From positions 17,918,001 through 17,982,000 of the forward strand of contig OZ249436.1 in assembly GCA_965235115.1 (NCBI GenBank): 64,000 nucleotides of DNA, written 5' to 3'. Both the position numbers and the translations under genes were made by a program. Source of the stretch: Laetmonice hystrix (taxonomy: Eukaryota). Shown piece after piece: positions 13,296 to 25,431 of this stretch; the stretch's first letter is position 1, and each line of letters starts with the position of its first letter. The notes under the pieces are model-generated. The model did no database searches. It was not told the origin of the DNA and saw nothing but the letters and a program-made list of their open reading frames with translations.

Positions 13296-13579
13296 GTTCC
13301 CGCCATGAGGACTCCCGCCTCCATACACCGTGTATACATGTAAGTGTAGACCACTCAAACGTACTCGTTTCTATGGCAATCCTTTCAGCCTTCCCAGAAT
13401 ATCCTCCGGGGATGGCGGAAGAACAGGCACAACACTCATACATACAGGTACCTATGTAATCACATCTACAACGTAATCACACAGGGTCTCTGCTTTACAG
13501 GTTACCATGACAACACTGTATCGTGATCGCGCGGGATCACATAATCAGGAAGTTATCGCCGTATTCGCTCATACTCACT

Positions 13580-13990
13580 TTGGGTTGTAGGTCTATGCTA
13601 GTGTAAACATCACGTGTAAAGTCTGTGTCCGTACATGGCCCACAGTTGGTTGTGGGTCTATGTTACGTGTAAAGTCTGTGTCAGTACATGGTCCACACGT
13701 TGGTTGTGGGTCTATGTTACGTGTAAACACACGTGTAAAGTCTGTGTCCGTACATGGTCCACACGTTGTTGGTTGTAGGTCTATGTTAGTGTAAACATCA
13801 CGTGTAAAGTCTGTGTCCGTACATGGTCCACACGTTGGTTGTAGGTCTATGTTAGTGTAAACATCACGTGTAAAGTCTGTGTCCGTACATGGTCCACACG
13901 TTGGTTGTGTAAAGTCTGTGTCCGTACATGGTCCACACGTTGGTTGTAGGTCTATGTTACGTGTAAAGTCTGTGTCAGTACATGGTCCAC
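13580..13990. repeat. Irregular tandem repeat, up to ~64-bp unit
   Basis: gtaaagtctgtgtccgtacatggtccacacgttggttgtaggtctatgtt recurring ~7 times. Confidence 0.9.
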
Positions 13991-14119
13991 AGGAGTCGTG
14001 GGATTGTAGTTCTTTGTTTTAACACCCCCCCCCCCTCCCCCGCATACCAGCGTCCCGTCACTGTGGCATTCAGCGTCCGAACGGGCTCACCTGGACAGGT
14101 GTGTCTGCAGGATTAAACT

Positions 14120-14885
14120 ACTCACCTGGTTCAGGTAACCCATCTCTAACCCCACCTACCTACCTACCTACCTACCTACCTACCTACCTATACCTACATA
14201 CCTACCTACATACCTACCTACATACCTACATACATACATACCTACCTACTTACCTACCTACCTACCTATACCTACCTACCTACCCGGATCACGCCTGCTG
14301 CCCCCACTCACCTGGTTCAGGTAACCCATCTCTAACCCCACCTACCTACCTACCTACCTACTGACCTACCTACCTACCTATACCTACCTACCTATACCTA
14401 CCTACCTACCCGGATCACGCCTGCTGCCCCCACTCACCTGGTTCAGGTAACCCATCTCTAACCCCACCTACCTACCTACCTACCTACCTACCTACCTACC
14501 TACCTACCCACCTACCTACCTACCTACCTACCTACCTACCTACCTACCTATACCTACCTACCTATACCTACCTACCTACCCGGATCACGCCTGCTGCCCC
14601 GACTCACCTGGTTCAGGTGAGCCTTCTCTAACCCCACCTACCTACCTACCTACCTACCTACCTACCTACCTACCTACCTACCTACCTACCTACCTGGATC
14701 ACGCCTGCTGCCCCGACTCACCTGGTTCATGTAACCCATCTCTAACCCCACCTACCTACCTACCTACCTACCTACCTACCTACCTACCTACCTACCTACC
14801 TACCTACCTGGATCACGCCTGCTGCCCCGACTCACCTGGTTCAGGTGAGCCTTCTCTAATCCCACCTACCTACCCAACTATACCT
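14120..14885. repeat. Compound repeat: conserved ~57-bp linker plus variable (CTAC)n, 6 units
   Basis: ggatcacgcctgctgcccc(c/g)actcacctggttcaggt(aacc/gagc) linkers between (CTAC)n tracts. Confidence 0.95.
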
Positions 14886-16186
14886 ATCTATCTATCTCAC
14901 CTGACCACCCTGTTAGCACCCACCCATCCACCCACTCACCTGACCTAAGCCACCCTTCCGCCCACCCACAAGGTCACTCACAGACGACGACCAGACACCT
15001 ATCCAGCTCAAGGACTCGGCTGTCATAACGAGGTCACACAATGCCTCCGGTTCGGCCACGGACACAACAAAAGGGACTGGGCCTGCAGCGCGCGGGCACA
15101 TTCCGCTAATAATTGATTAACGAGGATAATTAATTAATTAATTAACCACAGTAATCGGCATTCAATGTCAATCCTCTGATTACTGGCCATGGTGGACCGT
15201 TTAACACAGACTAGGATTAGGCCGCCTTTACATTGGTTCAGTTTGGTTTTCAGTCCAGTCCGGTTGCAGGTGTTTCTGGTTTTCTGGTTCCCCTGGAATG
15301 CAAGTCCGATGACAGGCGGGACCCACTGTCATATACAAGTAGCCTATACAATGTGTTTTCATCCTTTCGTTCTATAGCTATAGTTAAACACTATTGTGTA
15401 TTACCCAGTCCAGAACAATGCTTTTGAATTTAGGCAGGTAGATCTAAGTATGAAATAAAGGAAGACAGGTAATGTAGAGAATAATACCGCCCGCGCCAAC
15501 ATGGCTTCGAATGCAATCAGGATATCGGAATAAAAGTTAAATTTCGTAAACAATCTATGTACGCATACATCCATGAACGTCGTACATGATAAAGTCATTG
15601 TAGTACGGTTAATGGCCCCATTAAACATAGCAGTTTGCTGCCTTATTAAAGTTTATTTTTTAAATATGTCAATTTACTTGAGTCTGGGATAAATACAAGA
15701 AACCGGTTTGGTATTTCATGCAGACAGTGTCGCGTGAAATATTGGCCTCCATTATACTGAGGTCAGACAGTGGAAACGGAACTGGAATCGGTAACGGGCG
15801 CGGAGGGATATATCGTCTGGTCCATTGACCCTGTGTCCAATCACATGATTAAAGCCAAACAGACCATGAATATAATTGGGCGAGGTGGACAAGGAAAACA
15901 CTGTAACACACATCAATGCGAAAAAAAAACCGAGGCCCTAATGACAGAAAAATCGCACATATTCAATCTCTTCATAACATCCGAACTGTTAGACAACATT
16001 TTCTTTTCCTATCACACGCTGTGATATATAAGTGCAGGGTCGACTGCGTTGATGAGGGCGAAGGACTGCATTACTGACTCGGAATAAAGCATCCCCAGGC
16101 CTCTCTCTGAGGCTCTGTGACACAATCATTTACACATCCTGGAGCATTTACTGTCGGATCGTATAAAGACTAGTGTGGCTCCGCAG

Positions 16187-16248
16187 TTTTTGTGGTCAGC
16201 GCCAGATGGAGCGACTACTAACGCCCCTAGCTGGACGCCGTCAGACCG
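16187..16248 (+). CDS. Candidate internal exon, product unknown
   Basis: ctccgcag| acceptor and CCG|gtaagt donor; two frames open. Confidence 0.3.
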
Positions 16249-16630
16249 GTAAGTCCTTACTGAACATGCGCATATTGTCACCGAGTGCACTTGTCCTCGG
16301 CCCGTTGATCAGGTTTTTATGCGGTCACATATTGCTAGGGTCATGGCCGCCCAACCAGCGGTAACCACTGGTAACCACAGAACGACGGTAAAACAATGTC
16401 GACCTCTTCTATTCGTCCCGTCTACATTCCGTGAATAACAAACTAACAAAGCTCTGCTGTGATAACATGATGGCGACGGGCACATTGTGATGGGTTGAGG
16501 TCAGTTTATGTTACGAATTCCAGGGATTGTTACTCGGCATACCAAACAAAACTGTTCAAATGTTACTCTTACTGCTCACGTCATCATTCTTTTATTGCTG
16601 ACGTCATGATTCGACGATGGAACACCTTGA

Positions 16631-16726
16631 CTATCCGTCAGCCTCGTTCTGATTGTGGCTGATGGTGTACTTCCGGCCCGACCGGTCAGACATGTACGAC
16701 GATCTAACAATCGAGTTGTCCTTCAC
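16631..16726 (-). CDS. Candidate terminal exon VKDNSIVRSSYMSDRSGRKYTISHNQNEADG*
   Basis: cctacaag| acceptor, only one frame open, phase matches 17252-17298. Confidence 0.3.
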   Translation of the reverse strand: MKDNSIVRSSYMSDRSGRKYTISHNQNEADG

Positions 16727-17109
16727 CTTGTAGGCCTACATGGGAGACATAGCAGTCGGTCGCATGGTGTAACACATCAGCAGCCCCCAGGGGGCGCCTC
16801 CAGGATTCGGACAGGGTGGGTCCAAGCGAGAAATCTGCCGAATAATTTAAAGGTCCAAAGAATGATCAATTTGGAAATCTCTATGAGAAAGAAAAAACGA
16901 AAAATTGACAGCAATGGAGGGGGCAGACACATCGCGATAACGTCTTCTCACTTTGTAGGCCTACTCTGAAGCCAGGCTGCCTTTTTTCAAACATTTCGAA
17001 TTACTATATCCAATTTATTCTTAAAATTACCACTTCCAAAAAAGGAAAATACCAAAGGAGAACTCGCATTCGGAGTTTAAGTGAGCCCCCAACCCGGCCC
17101 ACCCCTCCC

Positions 17110-17190
17110 GCCTCCTCCTCCTCCTCCTCTTCCTCCTCCTCCTTCCTCCTCCTCCTCCTCCTCCTCCTCCTCCTCCTCCTCCTCCTCCCT
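17110..17190. repeat. (CCT)n microsatellite
   Basis: Direct reading. Confidence 0.95.
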
Positions 17191-17251
17191 TTAAGGTACG
17201 GCATCGTCTCAGCTGTTACCGAGAGGATAAACAAACTGAATGTCTCATTAC

Positions 17252-17298
17252 ATCGTAGGTTGTCATCGCCGACACCATCTTGATGAGACCGTGCCCAG
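17252..17298 (-). CDS. Candidate internal exon (P)GHGLIKMVSAMTTYD
   Basis: ttaacag| acceptor, GAT|gtaatg donor; phase 1 in, phase 0 out. Confidence 0.3.
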
Positions 17299-17834
17299 CT
17301 GTTAACAAACAGGTCATCACGTGCATCTTACCCCGTCATCAAGGGCAGACACCCCCCCCCCCCCAAAGTAACAACTCCACGGAATCTGGGGTGAGAATTT
17401 AACATCTATCACTACTCATTCGTCCCAAACCTACCCTAATAACCCCCAAACGTTGCACCCAGATCCCCCATCAAAACTTATCCCTCTCATATTAGCCCTG
17501 CCTCTGTCACAAACTTTCCTCAAAATTCGGGGAGAGGCTACCAAGGGGAACAGTTCTCCACCAAGACAACCCCATTGGGGGTGGGGGTGGGTGGGATCGG
17601 CCTCATCATCCTGCAGTTGTCAATCTAGCCATGCCTCCCTGAAAACGGTATTATTCTGTGGAGTTTGTGGATGTGACATGCAGCGAATTAAGGTTTTACT
17701 AAAATCATGGAAATTAAGAGTATTCTGCGTGTGCGCCAGTAAAATGTGGAAACCCTGGCACCTAAAATGAACTTCGATCCCAGGCGGCGTGTTCCAAAGT
17801 GTTTTGGACGAACAGTGCGGTATCTGTTCGTGGC

Positions 17835-17836
<2 letters not shown>

Positions 17837-17880
<44 letters not shown>
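17837..17880. repeat. (GA)n microsatellite
   Basis: Direct reading. Confidence 0.97.
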
Positions 17881-17887
<7 letters not shown>

Positions 17888-17994
17888 AGGGGGGGGGAGT
17901 GATCAGAACGACATGATTTGACGTATACTGAACCGGGCACAGCCGGTCCATCGTTTAGTGACGTTTCTTACCGTGGCCCTCACCTCGGACTTAC

Positions 17995-18057
17995 GTTTAT
18001 AGCTGCCATCGTTAATGAACATTTCCACTTCCGGTAGAAGGACGTCATCGCCGCCAC
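17995..18057 (-). CDS. Candidate exon: either first coding exon MAAIN (17995-18009) or internal exon GGGDDVLLPEVEMFINDGSYK
   Basis: Strong donor AAC|gtaagt; CCGGAAGT motif and acgATGG context inside. Confidence 0.35.
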
Positions 18058-18500
18058 CTGGCGACTAAAACCTGGTCTAGTTTCTCGAAACAAAACGAGC
18101 GAATCTCCGCCTGTCATGTTATACTCATTGCATCTACATCACTCACAGAGAAGATTTAAGTGGAAGAAAAAGGGAAAAGAAAGCAATTTCAATGGAAATG
18201 ATGGCATAAAATAGTCGTTCATTTGACAGTAACCCGATCTGCCAGTGCTGACAGATGCCAAACTGCGTTTGTCATTCTGTAAATGACTTTTTCCTCAGAG
18301 CTATTCAGATGGAAGTATGAGCGCTACATCCCCTGTGCCAATTATTTACCACCACGGAAGAGTGTCAGTATAAATGACAATAACTGTAACCTGACAGTGG
18401 AAATCAAAGATGTCTTTTACAAATGTTTTGTTTAACTTCTCCATTCCGTGGGAATGAGACCTCACTGTGACTAATACAAACTACACTCTAATGAGAGTAC

Positions 18501-18806
18501 CAGTGGCGTAGCTACCGGGGGGCAGGGAGTAGACTCCGAAAGTATTTTGGGAAAGTTTGGGGAAATTTCTCAGGGAAATCTGCAATACCATGGTCGACAA
18601 ACCGTGCTGGAGAAAAGCCTAATTGCATATCGCCCTAATTTACTAGGCTGTACTTTAATGCAATAGATTGTTTCCCTGATCTATTAGAACTATTAGGTGA
18701 CTCGTTTGGGGGTCTCATTTTCGCCTTAAAAACAGACGTGTTCATCAACATTTACGGCTTTTGGGGACGTTTCATATCTTTGCTCCCCTTGGTATCTACG
18801 CCACTG
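18501..18806. mobile_element. hAT-like MITE, 306 bp
   Basis: TIR CAGTGGCGTAG(C/A)TACC; perfect 8-bp TSD GAGAGTAC at 18493-18500 and 18807-18814. Confidence 0.92.
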
Positions 18807-20170
18807 GAGAGTACGTACCTGGTACTCTTCTGGTAGAACCTGTGAAGTCTTTGATGGCAACTAAATCAAGGAACCCCCTCCCCCGCGTCCTCATCACGTC
18901 ACACTGAGGTCACAAGGGATACCCTTGATGACGTCGTATGACCTTTAGTTGAAGGTCATGGATAAACAAAAAGATGACCTTCCACCTCTGACCTTTAATC
19001 GGTTGTTTTTACTCTATTTTTCTTATAAGAGAGAAACTTCAAAGTCAGTCATGGAGCAATCTGTCAGCTTTGATGCCTTGGTTTTCCTGGTTATCACAAT
19101 GTCTTTCAAGTTATCCAGGAGGTCGTTCAATACTTGGAAGGCTCTCAATCCAAGGTGGTCAGTGAAGAGAAAGGTTTACGTGGTCAACAACGGAGTTGCA
19201 CCTCTCAGTTTGACTCGCTCAATGACGGTTTGTCCTCAAGTCAGAGACTGGTGTGGCCATACCTACCGCATTCCATCTATAAGTTATGCATGATCTGCCA
19301 ACTCTACATAATTCTGTTCATCTTTTGTCGAGGGCCATCAAGCACCTGCTTCACGGCTCCTGGCCTCCTAACCCTATTCCTTGAGAGTCACAGACTGTTA
19401 CGCCAGGACGCGACACCAGAAACAACAAACAGTTTGTTTCTGCTAGTTACCAGAATTAAGGAGTGTATACGTCAAGGATGCTTCCTACAGCAGGTTTATA
19501 GTTTTACAGCAATGTTCTCCTAAATAAAGTCTGCTAAAATGATGAACATGCCCAGGCTGTCGACAGCATGTGTACGCAGTACGATGCTCGGCCACTGGGT
19601 GGCACCCCGTGCGTGTCCAGGTGAGGTGTCGGTGACGTCACGGGCGAGCAGACGGGACGTCTTCACAAAAGGTTTTGGCGGGAAACATGGCACAAAGCTG
19701 TGCGCCATCTGTCATGGTGATTATTATACAGCTGGCGCCGGTCGAGCGAGGTCATAGTCACCGTCAGCAACCGTCTGGTATCGCCACATAAAACTCGGTC
19801 CCGGCCAGGTAAAAAATCATCAGCATAATGGTATCATACAACTTGCGAATTACACAATGAGGGAAATATGGACGCTGTCAGGGAATCACACGATGTGGCA
19901 ATAATAACTGAATACAATCAATATGGAGGAAGACTTCAAGATACGTACAGCCTTCTATCTTTTAACATGTTTATGCAACAACTTTGGGCATGTATTGGTT
20001 AATTCGTGGATTAAAACTTCTTTTTCACGACTGGTTCACCATGGTTGCATTCAAAGTAAAAGTAAATTCTGACATTTTATTGAATTTGAAGAGCTACAGC
20101 ATATATAGCCGCAGGAAGGTGTCAATGTTATGTTGAAAATATTTGCAGTAGGTGCCGCAATAGTCTGCAC

Positions 20171-21205
20171 CAGCTGTGTGTCAATATTATGAAAGGTGGC
20201 AGTTTGGGCCCAGAGAGGTGTCAATATTAGGAAAGGTGATAGTTTGGGCCCAGAGAGGTGTCAATGTTATGAAAGGTGACAGTTTAGCCCCTGGGATGTG
20301 TCAATGTTATCAGACGTGACAGTATAGCCCCAGGGGGGTGTCAATGTTATAAAAGGTGGAAGTATAGCCCCTGGGATGTGTCAATGTTATCAGAGGTGAC
20401 AGTATAGCCCCTGGGATGTGTCAATGTTATCAGAGGTGACAGTATAGCCCCTGGGATGTGTCAATGTTATGAACAGTGACAGTATAGCCCCTGGGATGTT
20501 CAATGTTATGAAAGGTGACAGTGTAGCCCCTGGGACATGTCAATATTATCAGAGGTGACAGTATAGTCCCAGCTGTGTGTCAATATTATGAAAGGTGACA
20601 GTTTGGGCCCAGAGAGGTGTCAATATTATGAAAGGTGACAGTTTAGCCCCTGGGATGTGTCAATGTTATCAGACGTGACAGTATAGCCCCAGGGGGGTGT
20701 CAATGTTATGAAAGGTGGAAGTATAGCCCCTGGGATGTGTCAATGTTATCAGAGGTGACAGTATAGCCCCTGGGATGTGTCAATGTCGTCAGACGTGAAA
20801 GTATAGCCCCTGGGATATGTCAATGTTATCAGAGGTGACAGTATAGCCCCAGGGAGGTGTCAATGTTATGAAAGGTGGCAGTATAGCCCCTGGGATGTGT
20901 CAATGTCGTCAGACGTGAAAGTATAGCCCCTGGGATATGTCAATGTTATCAGAGGTGACAGTATAGCCCCAGGGAGGTGTCAATGTTATCAGAGGTGACA
21001 GTTTAGCCCCAGGGAGGTGTCAATGTTATGAAAGGTGACAGTATAGCCCCTGGGATGTGTCAATGTTATCAGAGGTGACAGTATAGCCCCTGGGAGGTGT
21101 CAATGTTATGAAAGGTGGCAGTATAGCCCCTGGGATGTGTCAATGTTATCAGAGGTGACAGTATAGCCCCTGGGATGTGTCAATGTTATCAGAGGTGACA
21201 GTTTG
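20171..21205. repeat. Minisatellite, 40-bp unit, ~26 copies
   Basis: Unit gtgtcaatgttatcagaggtgacagtatagcccctgggat. Confidence 0.97.
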
Positions 21206-21219
21206 GTCCTGGCCATCAG

Positions 21220-21288
21220 ATTGTGGACAAATCAGTCCAAGACGAGGCTGAGATTGAGGTTTTCATCAGACGAGGTCCCCATGGGTCG
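21220..21288 (+). CDS. Candidate exon IVDKSVQDEAEIEVFIRRGPHGS
   Basis: ccatcag| acceptor ~15 bp after the array; TCG|gtgggt donor; 23 codons. Confidence 0.35.
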
Positions 21289-21401
21289 GTGGGTCGAGGG
21301 TGGGGTATGCTCCGGGTATCTGTGGCTCTCTAGACCTCTCCCCAAACCTGCCACCCCTCTCTTTGGTCCCCTGACTCTCTGAGTGATGGCCATCCAATCA
21401 G

Positions 21402-21481
21402 TTGGGAGAGTTAGCATTGATCTGCCATGGGACGCAATTCATTTTACATCGATTGGTCGGGTCCAATCTTGGAGGTGCCAG
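21402..21481 (+). CDS. Candidate exon LGELALICHGTQFILHRLVGSNLGGA
   Basis: ccaatcag| acceptor, CAG|gtcagc donor; phase-compatible with 21220-21288. Confidence 0.25.
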
Positions 21482-21539
21482 GTCAGCTTTATCCATCACC
21501 TGGAGTGGGGGGGGGGCAGTTGGAGGTGGTGGGGGGTAG

Positions 21540-22320
21540 GGTGTGTAGGGGAAGGGGGAGAAGGAGGAAGGTAGGGTGTGGGTGAGGTGGATGGGGTGTA
21601 GGCGGGGTGGGAAGGAGATGGCGTGGGGTAGGGTGTGGGTGAGGGGTAGGGGTGGGTAGGGCGGGAAGGAGACGGGGTAAGGAGGGTGTAGGTGAGGGGT
21701 GGGGGTGGGGTAGGGGTGGGTGAGGGGTGGGGTGGGGTAGGGGTGGGTGAGGGGTAGGGGTGGGGTAGGGGTGGGTGAGGGGTGGGGTGGGGTAGGGTGT
21801 GGGTGAAGGATGAGGGGTGGGGTACGGGGTGGGTGAGGGGTGGGGTGGGGTAGGGGTGGGTGAGGGGTAGGGGTGGGGTAGGGGTGGGGTTAGGGGTAGG
21901 GGTGGGGTTAGGGGTAGGGGTGGGGTTAGGGGTGGGTGAGGGGTAGGGGTGGGGTAGGGGTGGGTGAGGGGTGGGGTAGGAGTGGGTGAGGGGTGGGGTG
22001 GGGTAGGGTGTGGGTGAAGGATGATGGGTTGGGTACGGGGTGGGTGAGGGGTGGGGTGGGTGAGGGGTGGGGTGGGTGAGGGGTGGGGTGGGTGAGGGGT
22101 GAGGTAGGGTGGATGAGGGGTAGGGGTGGGTGAGGGGTGGGGTGGGGTGGGGTAGGGTTAGAGGTGGGGTGGGGTAGGGTTAGGGGTGGGGTGGGGTAGG
22201 GTTAGGGGTGGGGTGGGGTAGGGTTAGGGGTGGGGTGGGGTGGGGTAGGGTTAGGGGTGGGGTGGGGTGGGGTAGGGTTAGGGGTGGGGTGGGGTAGGGT
22301 TAGGGGTGGGGTGGAGTGGA
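21540..22320 (+). repeat. G-rich low-complexity tract (ggggtggggtaggg(tt)a, gggtga)
   Basis: Dozens of G3-G4 runs with short loops; almost no C on the + strand. Confidence 0.95.
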
Positions 22321-23062
22321 GTGAGTATAGGGTAAGACTGGGGGAGAGACTGGGGGAGGGTCTGATTGCGACTGTTGGTATGATGTCCTTGTGGCAGGGT
22401 CTGGGATGTTCGGGGGTCTGGACATTAGAGCTGGCTCGTATGTACATGTATACTATGCGATTTTTGATTATCTTTCAGCATCAAACAAACATAACACTCC
22501 ATTAAAGGAGAGTAATTTGTCTCATTATAAAACCATCTAGTTGGTGAGGGGAAGATGACAGTCTATATCTTATACTTTTGTTATATCAGAGCGTGAATAG
22601 TCTCCTCCTCTCTAACATTACATCTCACCTTCATAAAGACGGATCGGTTTGCCTTAATTCAAGCTGGGATATCTTGTTATCTACTCTGAACGAAACCAGA
22701 TGAGACAATATGGTGGAGTAGATATAGATAATGATTGACTATACCCCGTCCTCCTCCACCATAATTCAGCCGGCATTGAGTTATACACAAGTGGATTTGG
22801 TGCCTACCTTCAGCTCTCCCATCCTAACTACTCTCTGTGAACTAGCCACCCGGGAATCCGACAAGTCATTACAGCCTTACATTCTAATCACAATCGAAAT
22901 TATCAACAACTTTCTCAGCCTAGAGACCCGCCTTCCCATGGTTATATCTTCACACGAGGAGAGGATTATCCTATTAGTGGGATGTACCTCCCAGGAGGGC
23001 TGCTCATGGATGTCCTATTTGTGTAATAGCTCCATGATTGACATAGTATGCCGCTCAATCTA

Positions 23063-23190
23063 ATCTGTGATTGACACAATATGACGCTCAATCTAATCTG
23101 CGATTGACACAATATGGCCGTCAGTCTAATCTGCGATTGACACAATATGAGAGGTCTAATCTGCGATTGACACTATATATGAAGCTCAAT
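23063..23190. repeat. Tandem repeat, 30-33-bp unit, ~4 copies
   Basis: atctaatctgcgattgacacaatatg. Confidence 0.85.
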
Positions 23191-24264
23191 CTTATCCCGT
23201 ATCACAGAGACCGATCTCGTTTTTCCCTCGTTATTCAGAAAGTAATGACATTCTATGTTGGATATGATCAATCAATCTAGTCAAGATTGTTTTCTGCTGT
23301 GTTTTACTTAATGTAATTACCATGTCCAACACCCTCATATTAGGTAAATATCCTAGTCTGTGCCTGATAGAATAGATTTTCTACCCTACCCAGCCTCACC
23401 TACCTTCCCCTCCGGGTAAAAACATTAAAAACACCTCACAGTGACCCTAATCTAATCCCCCATTTATGAGAGGCTGTACAAACATAACTGACACATTTAA
23501 CGCCCAGTGTATTTATACAAAATACCGCTCCTCGTGACGTGAAAGATTGCTTTTTCAGACGTATTAAAAATGCATGTAATAATTGTGAAGCCTTGCACAA
23601 GGGCCGGTGGCCCTGATGGTGACACATCGACGTTGTGCCGCCTGTGGTCCGCCTTTAACCCGCCTCTGCCCAGCACCGGGCCGCCTATCCAGCCAATGCA
23701 TGCAAATCTTGCAACATTCAAAAGCAATTGGCAATGATGTCGAGGGTGTGTTGGCATCTAGAGCGCAGATTACTATGTAAATGAATGAGCCTCTTCTCTA
23801 AAACGGCCTTGGAAACGTATGTGGAAATTATGCTAAAAACCAATGCAAATGAACAAGTTAAATGGCAGTACCTCGAGAAATATTTCATGCATGTGCAAGT
23901 ATAGTGCCTACTTGAAAAGCTACTGCCTCGGGTTAAAAAAAACCTGCCGATTGACTGGTGAGGGGTCTGACAGTTTGAGCCTCTCCTAGACCTTCAAATG
24001 AGGCCTCATTCTACCACAACTGGCCTGGTTTAAGTCATACTTTTCACATTAAAGCGCAATTTTGTGGGGATCGGGTCTACCACGCACGTTTTAACATCTT
24101 AATACCGAGTAATACATACTGTCATGTTAAATTGTAAAAAAGAAATCGGGAGAAAGTTTCCCCACGAGTGTACTGAAATAGGTGAATGGCAAAGTTCCCT
24201 TGTCCGCGCCAATGAGTGAGAAATGGAATGTGTTCACAGTGATATTAATAAGGCATAAGAACCA

Positions 24265-24443
24265 NNNNNNNNNNNNNNNNNNNNNNNNNNNNNNNNNNNN
24301 NNNNNNNNNNNNNNNNNNNNNNNNNNNNNNNNNNNNNNNNNNNNNNNNNNNNNNNNNNNNNNNNNNNNNNNNNNNNNNNNNNNNNNNNNNNNNNNNNNNN
24401 NNNNNNNNNNNNNNNNNNNNNNNNNNNNNNNNNNNNNNNNNNN
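24265..24443. other. Assembly gap (N run)
   Basis: N characters. Confidence 1.
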
Positions 24444-25431
24444 GCAGCCTTCTACACTCCCAAAATGGTTTAATAGGTTCTTACACCCCAGACCGAGGCT
24501 GTCTCGTCCCTAAACGTCAGAAGGTTGACTGGGGTATACTCCTGAATACCAGACCATCAGCTGATTGTACAATGAGGCCAGAAGAAAATAAATAACATCT
24601 AGGTTATATGGTGATTGATTCAGTGTCGGTATATGTCCACTTTCCGAATCAGACTTAGAAAAATAGTTCCAGCTGCGGAGTTAATGTCTCGTTAAAATAC
24701 CAGAATGGCCGATCTCCACCATACCACGGAGTCAGACTCACGTAATCCATCGTCATGGTACAGGGTCGGCTGGAATCGGGGCAAATCTCAGCTCGGATCC
24801 AATCTTTAACCTCGATAATAATTTAAGCCAATCATGTACTATGTTTGCAGTCATGTTTTTATAGCAGCGCGATTGCCGTTTCCAGGACGTAGCCATGTGA
24901 GGGGCAAACAGCGCCGCTCAACGCTGGATGGTGGTACTACAAGAGCAGCTGTCAGACCATTGGGTGTCGTTGGGACCTCGTGACGGGGTCACAGGGTTAC
25001 CCACAGAGATCAGGGACAGGGTTGTGGGGTGGGCAGGGTCACCACCAACTGGGTCTGGGGAGGGAAGGGTGTGACAACCACGGTGAGAAACACTAGGTTA
25101 AGTGGACAGGGTGTATTTTATTAACCCTTTGCAGCCCGAGCGCCCAATGGCTTCAGTGGGATTGGAGAGCAATGTTCGATGCAGGTTCGATGAACTCGGT
25201 GACCCCTTAGACATGTGTCTAGACAGTTATTGTGTCTATCACTGGGACTGGACAACAAAGTGACTGGACAGATAGTTATGTCATGTGACTGGATAATGTG
25301 TGTATCACTGTGACATAATACTTGACGTATCAGTGTGACTGCATTAATATACAGTGGGATAATTGTGAGTCCTACTCCTAAATGTGAGTCCTACAGCAAA
25401 ATAAACACACAATCACATTATTACAAGTCAT

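Noticed and set aside
16846-17194. Another TTAA-AGG...CCT-TTAA interval
   Set aside because: Ends match for only three bases and no empty site is available
19134-19523. IRQGCFL resembling the LINE reverse transcriptase GVRQG motif
   Set aside because: No other RT motifs nearby; one short match is not enough
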